A stretch of DNA of 15,763 nt from Promethearchaeota archaeon (GTDB taxonomy: Archaea; Asgardarchaeota; Lokiarchaeia; Sigyniarchaeales; SOKP01). Made by a program: the position numbers and the translations under genes. Of this stretch, positions 9,901 through 15,609 are shown piece by piece; positions within the stretch are counted from its first letter, which is position 1; each line of letters starts with the position of its first letter. Location: NCBI GenBank assembly GCA_048940645.1, contig JBHLOI010000070.1, positions 1 to 15,763 on the forward strand, written 5' to 3'. A model generated the notes under the pieces. The model made no database searches and was not told where the DNA came from. It saw nothing but the letters and a program-made list of their open reading frames with translations.

Positions 9901-9976
9901 ATGTTTGTATCCCGGCAATTCCCCCCCCTAGTACTAATACTGCTCCTACTTTATTCTTAGATTCAATTATACTCAT
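6914..9976 (-). CDS. hdrA: Double-module HdrA-like FAD/Fe-S protein (BamE-like architecture), 1020 aa
   Basis: VLGGGIAG, LDKTFPTNDCAMCILSPK, inserted ferredoxin, CIGSRD...YCSAVCCMYAIK; then RIGVFICHCG...SCTPRTHE...NIREQCSWVH, VIGGGIAG, CVGSR...CNRICC, EAHVKLRPLDF, C-terminal ferredoxin. ATGA overlap with the upstream gene. Confidence 0.93.
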   Translation of the reverse strand: MSIIESKNKVGAVLVLGGGIAGIQTSLDLAELGFKVFLVESSSAIGGIMSQLDKTFPTNDCAMCILSPKLVEVGRHPNIQIITQAEIEKVEGTVGNFNVMLKKYPRYINEDKCTGCGLCSSWCPIETLSEYDEGLRKRKSIYIKYPQAIPKLPSIDRTICLGCRLCEYICEARAIDFAQKEELIPLNVGSIIIAQGSTLYNPLSLKQYGYGRFPNVITSSEFERILSASGPFIGHVLRPSDGKVPEKLAWIQCIGSRDRRIGNDYCSAVCCMYAIKEAIIAKEHESDIDCHIFFIDIRAYGKGFEEYYQRAQELGIKFLRGKIALIDENPHTKNLIIAYENTETGKVLIENFDMVVLSIGLQPSNSIIDLSKKLGVNLNKYNFYYTNIFNPMETNKPGIFVCGTCSGPKDIPETVAEASGAAGKVSSLLSTERNTLTTIKEYPPEVPIENQEARIGVFICHCGINIGGIVNVPEVVEFTKTLPNVVYTEENLYTCSQDTQDKIKQIIKEHKLNRIVVASCTPRTHESLFHNTIREAGLNPYLFELTNIREQCSWVHMSKPEDATEKAKDLVAMNVSKAELLEPIYETSVEVTNSGLVIGGGIAGMNAALELANQDFDVYLIEKEKELGGFVRKIHYLLEGGDPQEYLGKLINQILNHDKIKIFTNATIEDIQGFVGNFLITVNQNGEKKQLDSGVIIVATGGTEYIPMEYMYGKDERILTQQELEQKIVLNEVDAKTVVMIQCVGSRNEKRPNCNRICCSVALKNALKLKEKYPNINICILYRDVRTYGFKEDYYREAREKGVIFIRYDEKLEPEVNIINSKLMVTVNDSCLNEQIVIKPDLIVLSAAFLPTENKELSQMLKVPLEQNGFFLEAHVKLRPLDFATDGIFLCGTAQWPKFINETIAQAKGAAARAGTILSKDKMKIIGSTAEIEEEKCIGCGECRDTCIYDAIEVIETISEFKAILDSVVPSVSLIRYKSRILPALCKGCGSCEGVCPVGAISLKHFTNQQLTAMVQAYLR

Positions 9977-10737
9977 TTAATCTCTCCTCCCTCTTTAATA
10001 AATATTGCAGTTTTATCCTTGATATTAAATGTTATTTTATGCTCATCATTCAATGTAATAAGATGTTCCATAACTTTTTCTGGAGGAATTGACAACATAC
10101 TTGAAATCTCTTCTGCTGATAAACCTTTTTCTTCAATTTGATTTTGAATCTTAACTTTAAGTAATTCAGTTTCTATTATTTCATCTAGTATTATTTCAAA
10201 TTTCTCCTCAGGAATTTTTTCATTATAAACGTTTTCAATTTCAACTAAATCTCTTTCTCTACTAATTAACCATCTGAGTCTAAAGTCAGAACATATTTGT
10301 TTGGCATAAAATAAACGCTTTCTCAAATCTCTATCAGACCTAACAGGTGAAGCTCCTAATGTTAACATTTCTTCAGTAAATTCAGTAATTAAATCTGCAA
10401 ATTTTCTCCCCTCTGCGGCAGATACCCATTCAAGCCGTAACCTTTTTGGCTCGAACCCAATTTTTTCAAGTATCTTTTTAGTCATTAAAACTTTATATTT
10501 TGTATGATAATTTCCTGAAAGATAGTGGCAATCTCCAGGGTGACATCCCGTTACTAATACTCCATCTAAACCCCTTTCGAACGCTGTTATTATAAAAATT
10601 GGATCAATTCTTCCGCTACACATTACTCTAATTATCCTAAGGTTTGGTGGATAGTTAAGTCGTGAAACACCTGCAAGATCAGCACCTGCATATGAGCACC
10701 AATTACATAAAAATCCTAAAATTTTAGGCTGATACAT
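9973..10737 (-). CDS. mvhD: MvhD-type [2Fe-2S] subunit with a C-terminal extension ending in a putative winged HTH, 254 aa
   Basis: Residues 1-130 carry FLCNWCSYAGADLAG, RVMCSGR, GCHPGDCHY and RLRLEWVSAAEG. About 120 extra residues end in GLSAEEISSMLSIPPEKVMEHLITLNDEHKI. The start directly abuts the upstream stop (TAAATG). Confidence 0.9.
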   Translation of the reverse strand: MYQPKILGFLCNWCSYAGADLAGVSRLNYPPNLRIIRVMCSGRIDPIFIITAFERGLDGVLVTGCHPGDCHYLSGNYHTKYKVLMTKKILEKIGFEPKRLRLEWVSAAEGRKFADLITEFTEEMLTLGASPVRSDRDLRKRLFYAKQICSDFRLRWLISRERDLVEIENVYNEKIPEEKFEIILDEIIETELLKVKIQNQIEEKGLSAEEISSMLSIPPEKVMEHLITLNDEHKITFNIKDKTAIFIKEGGEIK

Positions 10738-12444
10738 TTAAACACCCTTCTCTAATAATCCTTTTGATATTGCATATATTTGTTCAAATATTTGAGGATC
10801 CTTAAAGTGTTTTATCGAAATCGCATTTAAAGGACAGCTTGCTCCACATACTCCACAACCCTTACAAACAGCTGAAATAATAGTGGATTTTAATCCTTTT
10901 TCTGTTCTTTCAATTTGTATTGCATTATATGGACAGATCATTTCACATGCCCCGCATCCAATACACATTTCAGAATCAACAGTAGCAATGGCGCCCTCTA
11001 CTTGAATTTCTTTATGAGATAAAATTGTACTTGCTCTTGATGCCGCAGCATAACCTTGAGTTATAGCTTCTGTAATATCTACAGGCCATTTTGCTGAACC
11101 CCCTATGTATATTCCGTCCGTAGCAAAATCATTGGGACGTAATTTTACGTGAGCTTCTAAAAAGAATCCGTTGGCTCCTAATGGAACTTTTAATAACTGA
11201 GCTAATTCTTTATTATCATCGTTAGCAACTAGAGGAGTAGATAATACTAATAAATCATAAGGAATTATTATATAATCTCCCATGTATTCATTAAATACTT
11301 TTATAAGATTTTCTTCTATAGAAGGTAATTTATCAAGATCGTATTTTATAAAGATTATTCCTTTTTCTCTTGCAGTTCTATAATATTTTTCATAATTAGT
11401 CCCGGGAGTGTATAAATCTCTAAATAATATCGTTACATTTGCACCAGGGTTTTTATCTTTAATAATTAAAGCATTTTTTAAAGCAGTCATACAACAAACA
11501 CTTGAACAATAAGGTCTTTCGTCAATACGAGAACCTACACATTGTATCATTACAATATTGTTGGCATCTACTTCATTATTTTTTAATTTAGATTCTAATT
11601 CGTACTGTGTTATTCTTAATTTACCGTCATATTCAAAAAACTTAAAAGGAGTAAAAAGCGAGGCCCCTACAGCTACTATAATTACTCCTACTGTTAAATT
11701 AATAATATTATCATTTTGTTCAATTTCTATTTCATAATTCCCAACGAAACCCTCAATGCTTTTTACTCTAGCTGGTTTATGGACTTCTAAATTCGGAGCA
11801 TTTTGAACTTTATTCTTAATATCCTCGATTAATTCTGAAGCCTCTGTATCATAAGGAAATAGTTTATAGAGTAAATTTAGTCTTCCACCTAATTCATTCT
11901 CCTTTTCAACAAGATATGTTTTGAAGCCCTGTCTACTTAAATTAAGTGCTGCACTCATTCCTGAGATTCCGCCACCAATTATTAAAGCAGTAGGGGTTAC
12001 ATCAATCGTAATCATTTCTAAAGGTTCTAATTTTGTGGCTTTAGCCACTCCCATGGCAATCAGATCTATTGCTTTCTCGAATGCTTCTTTAGGATATTTC
12101 ATATGAACCCAAGTACATTGATCTCTAATATTAACAAAATTAAAGAGGTAAGGGTTTAGTCCCGCTTCTAAAATGCATTCACGAAATAAAGGTTCATGCG
12201 TTCTAGGAGTACAAGCAGCCACAACTACGCGATTTAAATCATACTCTTTTATAGCTTTTTTAATGCTGGATAAACCTATTTCTGAACATGTATATAAATT
12301 ATCTTCAGCATATGCCACATTTGGTAATTTCTTCACATATTTAACAAGCTCTTTACAATTTATTAATCCTCCAATATTGGAACCACAATGACAAACAAAG
12401 ATCCCTACTCTAACTTCTTTTTCATTTTTTTCTTCAACCGACAT
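10738..12444 (-). CDS. hdrA: Short single-module HdrA-like FAD/Fe-S protein, 568 aa
   Basis: RVGIFVCHCG...CS...ACTPRTHE, IIGGGISG, CVGSR...YCSSVCCMTALK, EAHVKLRPNDF, C-terminal 2x[4Fe-4S]. It lacks DKTFPTxDCxxC and the inserted ferredoxin. Confidence 0.92.
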   Translation of the reverse strand: MSVEEKNEKEVRVGIFVCHCGSNIGGLINCKELVKYVKKLPNVAYAEDNLYTCSEIGLSSIKKAIKEYDLNRVVVAACTPRTHEPLFRECILEAGLNPYLFNFVNIRDQCTWVHMKYPKEAFEKAIDLIAMGVAKATKLEPLEMITIDVTPTALIIGGGISGMSAALNLSRQGFKTYLVEKENELGGRLNLLYKLFPYDTEASELIEDIKNKVQNAPNLEVHKPARVKSIEGFVGNYEIEIEQNDNIINLTVGVIIVAVGASLFTPFKFFEYDGKLRITQYELESKLKNNEVDANNIVMIQCVGSRIDERPYCSSVCCMTALKNALIIKDKNPGANVTILFRDLYTPGTNYEKYYRTAREKGIIFIKYDLDKLPSIEENLIKVFNEYMGDYIIIPYDLLVLSTPLVANDDNKELAQLLKVPLGANGFFLEAHVKLRPNDFATDGIYIGGSAKWPVDITEAITQGYAAASRASTILSHKEIQVEGAIATVDSEMCIGCGACEMICPYNAIQIERTEKGLKSTIISAVCKGCGVCGASCPLNAISIKHFKDPQIFEQIYAISKGLLEKGV

Positions 12445-12584
12445 TATAATTTTATCCTCTTTTAATTATTTCTGCTTTTTTTGTTACCGTTCTACTTATT
12501 TCACCAACCAACCGATGTACATCCATTTGATCAAAATTTTAAGCATAAATTCTTTATAAGATTTTACCATTTAGCGGCAGCTTT

Positions 12585-14324
12585 TTAATCTAAATATGAT
12601 TTATTCATAGTTAATAATTGTCGTAAAGTGAAATGTTTCAGTGATAAGGCTTCCTCTGGACATACATCGACACAAATACCACATCCATTACATACTGCTG
12701 GAAGAACTTTCGATTTATAGCGAGTTAAATTATATGTTAGTTTTGATATATCTCTTATTGCTTTTAGCCCTGATTGAGTTTCAATGATTTCTATAGCATT
12801 GTAAGCACATGAATCCCTACAATTTCCACATCCAGTGCACAATTCCTCATCTATTTCAGCAATAGAACCTACAATATTGATTTTATCTTTTGATAAAATC
12901 GTGCCTGCTCTTGCAGCAGTTCCTAATGCTTGAGAAGTTGTCTCATTAATAAATTTTGGCCATTGTGCAGCTCCACATAAGAAAATTCCATCAGTTACAA
13001 AATCAAGTGGCCTTAATTTAACATGTGCCTCTAAGAAAAATCCATTTTTATCAAGAGGAACTTTAAGTATTTGTGATAATTCTTTATTTTCTGATGGTAA
13101 AAAAGCAGAACTTAATACTACCAAATCTGTATTAATTTTTATTAGCTCATTTAATAGAGTATCATTTATTGTAATTGTCAATTCTTTATCATCGATTTCT
13201 ACTGTTGGTTCAAAGCCTTCATCGAATCGAATAAAAATAACTCCTTTTTCCCTTGCCTTATTGTAATAATTTTCTTTAAAGCCATATGCCTGTATATCTC
13301 TATAAAGAATACAAATATTTATTTTACTATTTTCCTCTTTTAATTTTAAAGCATTTTTAATTGCCTCCAAACAGCAAATTCTACTGCAATTAGGACGTTC
13401 TTCATTTCTAGATCCTACACATTGGATCATAGTGACTGTTTTCGCACTTACTTCATTTGAGACTATTTTTTGTTCAAGTTCTAATTGAGTCAAAATTCGC
13501 TTATCCATTCCATATAAGTATTCTTTTGGTTTGTACTCTCTTCCTCCAGTCGCCACTATTACCACTCCTGTATCGATTTTTTCTTGTTTATTATTTTGTT
13601 TTATTATAGCTGAAAAATTTCCAATGAAACCATGTAATTCATCTATTGTTGCATTAGTAAAAACTTTAATTTTCTTATGATTTTCAACTTGTTCGATAAG
13701 ATTTCTGAGGAATTCTTTAGGATTTCCCTCACCTAAAACATAATGAATTTTCCTTACAAGTCCTCCAAATTCTTTTTCCCTTTCAACTAAATAGGTATCA
13801 AAACCTTGTCGCCCTAAGCTAAGAGCTGCTGTTAATCCCGCTATTCCACCACCGATTATTAATGCAGAATGAGTAATATCAACTGTAGTTTCATAAATTG
13901 GTTCAAGAAGTTTGACTTTTGAAACGTTTACTGCAATAAGATCTCTTGCTTTGTCCATAGCCCTTTCAGGTTCAGACATATGCATCCAAGAACATTTGTC
14001 TCTAACATTTACTAACTTAAACAAATATGGGTTTATTCCAGTTTCTCTAATTGTATTCTGGAAAAGATTTTCATGCGTTCTAGGTGTACAAGACGCTATT
14101 ACAATCCGATCTAAATTATATTCCTCTATTGCATTTTTAATACCGGTTAGTCCTGGTTCTGAGCATAAGTACAAATTATCTTCAGAATATTCAACATCAG
14201 GCAATGTCCTGGCAAAATTCGCAAGTGCTTTACAATCTAAAATACCTCCTATATTTGAGCCACAGTGACAAACGAAAACACCTATTCGTATAGTTTCCTC
14301 TTTACTGTTTACTTTTTCAAACGT
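12585..14324 (-). CDS. hdrA: Short single-module HdrA-like protein, ~579 aa; start extended from 14204 to a probable ACG at 14324
   Basis: The frame is open to 14330 and reads ACG-F-E-K-V-N-S-K-E-E-T-I-R-I-G-V-F-V-C-H-C-G-S-N-I-G-G...R-T-L-P-D-V-E-Y, so the conserved CHCG motif precedes the TTG at 14204. SD GAGGT lies at 14338-14334. The product call is secure; the exact start is inferred. Confidence 0.85.
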   Translation of the reverse strand, partial: TFEKVNSKEETIRIGVFVCHCGSNIGGILDCKALANFARTLPDVEYSEDNLYLCSEPGLTGIKNAIEEYNLDRIVIASCTPRTHENLFQNTIRETGINPYLFKLVNVRDKCSWMHMSEPERAMDKARDLIAVNVSKVKLLEPIYETTVDITHSALIIGGGIAGLTAALSLGRQGFDTYLVEREKEFGGLVRKIHYVLGEGNPKEFLRNLIEQVENHKKIKVFTNATIDELHGFIGNFSAIIKQNNKQEKIDTGVVIVATGGREYKPKEYLYGMDKRILTQLELEQKIVSNEVSAKTVTMIQCVGSRNEERPNCSRICCLEAIKNALKLKEENSKINICILYRDIQAYGFKENYYNKAREKGVIFIRFDEGFEPTVEIDDKELTITINDTLLNELIKINTDLVVLSSAFLPSENKELSQILKVPLDKNGFFLEAHVKLRPLDFVTDGIFLCGAAQWPKFINETTSQALGTAARAGTILSKDKINIVGSIAEIDEELCTGCGNCRDSCAYNAIEIIETQSGLKAIRDISKLTYNLTRYKSKVLPAVCNGCGICVDVCPEEALSLKHFTLRQLLTMNKSYLD

Positions 14325-14336
14325 TTTTTCTCAACC

Positions 14337-15596
14337 TCATCTATCTTTCCGAGCTAATAATAACTCCTCCTTTTTTTCAACTGAAGACTTCATCATATTT
14401 GCAATTAAATTTGTTAAGTCAGAGACTTCTAACTTGATTTCATCAGCTATATACTCTTTTTTCTCTTGTAACATGCAATTATAATGAATTTGGCATTTTG
14501 GACATGTAGTTACCAATAAGTCAGCAACATTCTTTGCTTCTTTTATTCTATCAAGCTGTAAAGCCTTTGATAAATCATTACAATTTATAAAACAACTTAC
14601 TCCACAACACATAGAATTTTCTCTTGTTCTTTGCATTTCATTAAAATCAATTCCGTGTTTTTTCATCGAATTTAGGATATCTCTTGGAGGAGAATAAACT
14701 TTCATATGTCTTCCTAATCTGCAAGGATCGTGATAAGTAACTGCCTGATTAGGAGAATCTAAAAATTCAAATTGACTATTTTTGATTTTATCAGCAATTA
14801 ATTCTGTAAGATGAATTACTTCAAAATTGACATTTACATATTTAGGATAGTCTATTTTTAGCGTTCTATAACATTCAGCACACGTAGTTACGACAGTTTT
14901 TATACCTAATTCATTAATTTTATTTACATTATGGATCGCTAATTTTTTAAAAATGTTAAAATATCCCTTCCATAAGGCGTCATGACCGCAACATTTCATA
15001 TTTTCAATAATTACAGGCGGTTGTTTAAGAATTTCGGTTAAAATCTTTATTCCATTCTTGGCAATTTCTACTAGGTTTAATTGCAAATTACTAAATACAA
15101 CATCTAAAATTGGTAGGCATCCAAAGAAATATGCAACATTTCTTTTTTTAGATTTTTTATAATTTTTTGGCATTAAATCAGTGGGTACTTTAAGGCCTGA
15201 TGAATAATTTGCTTGTATTTCAGAGATAAGAGTGATAATTCCATGATGTGTTTCTTCATATTTGATTCCCTTATCTATTAATAACCTTCTAGCGGATTTT
15301 ATGAATTCAATAAAATCTATATCTTGAGGACAAGATTCCTTACACTTTCGGCAAGTTAAACAATATTTAAGAACACTTTCATCTAAAATTTGATTTTTTG
15401 CTCCTAATACTGCTAATTTAGTCATTTCATGTGGATTTAAAGGGAATTGTTCTGCAATAGGACAACTTGAAGTGCACATTCCACATTGGAAACACGCTAA
15501 AATACTTTTTGCTTCTTCAATTTTGGATAATTCTTTAATTAAATCTGTATCAAAATCAGAACTTTTAATGGTATTCTGTATTTTATTATCTGAAAT
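14337..15596 (-). CDS. HdrD/BamD-like Fe-S protein (2x[4Fe-4S] ferredoxin plus two CCG domains), ~419 aa; start extended from 15479 to a probable ATT at 15596
   Basis: The frame is open to 15599 and completes the first cluster motif CFQCGMCTSSCP, so the listed ATG is inside the motif. Also CLTCRKCKESCP, YFFGC...KCCGHD...TTCAEC and YHDPCRLGR...MCCG...TTCPKC. Confidence 0.88.
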   Translation of the reverse strand: MSDNKIQNTIKSSDFDTDLIKELSKIEEAKSILACFQCGMCTSSCPIAEQFPLNPHEMTKLAVLGAKNQILDESVLKYCLTCRKCKESCPQDIDFIEFIKSARRLLIDKGIKYEETHHGIITLISEIQANYSSGLKVPTDLMPKNYKKSKKRNVAYFFGCLPILDVVFSNLQLNLVEIAKNGIKILTEILKQPPVIIENMKCCGHDALWKGYFNIFKKLAIHNVNKINELGIKTVVTTCAECYRTLKIDYPKYVNVNFEVIHLTELIADKIKNSQFEFLDSPNQAVTYHDPCRLGRHMKVYSPPRDILNSMKKHGIDFNEMQRTRENSMCCGVSCFINCNDLSKALQLDRIKEAKNVADLLVTTCPKCQIHYNCMLQEKKEYIADEIKLEVSDLTNLIANMMKSSVEKKEELLLARKDR

Positions 15597-15602
15597 AATT
15601 CA

Positions 15603-15609
15603 TCACCTT
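15603..15609 (-). promoter_or_regulatory. Shine-Dalgarno site AAGGTGA for the first operon gene
   Basis: The minus strand reads TAAGGTGATGAATTATTTCA, with 8 nt between AAGGT and the ATT at 15596, the same spacing as for mvhD at 6899. Confidence 0.6.

Noticed and set aside
5270-12106. Short plus-strand ORFs 5270..5494, 5899..6120, 6267..6503, 6975..7295, 8447..8671 and 11921..12106
   Set aside because: All are antisense to well-conserved hdrA/mvhD genes, with no motifs or initiation signals.
12496-12570. Minus-strand 24-aa ORF MVKSYKEFMLKILIKWMYIGWLVK, and a possible SECIS in this spacer
   Set aside because: The ORF has no SD and its length is expected by chance. I could not identify an AUGA/GA kink-turn core with a proper helix by eye.
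12173-14268. Plus-strand ORFs 12173..12391 and 13912..14268 resemble each other (both end PPIxEPQ)
   Set aside because: They are antisense shadows of the paralogous HdrA N-terminal domains; the similarity is fully explained by the minus-strand genes.
3397-15596. Interpretation as methanogenesis, sulfate reduction (Qmo) or benzoyl-CoA reduction
   Set aside because: No mcr, apr/dsr, qmoC or bamB/bamC gene is in the window, and Hdr-like modules alone do not define a pathway.
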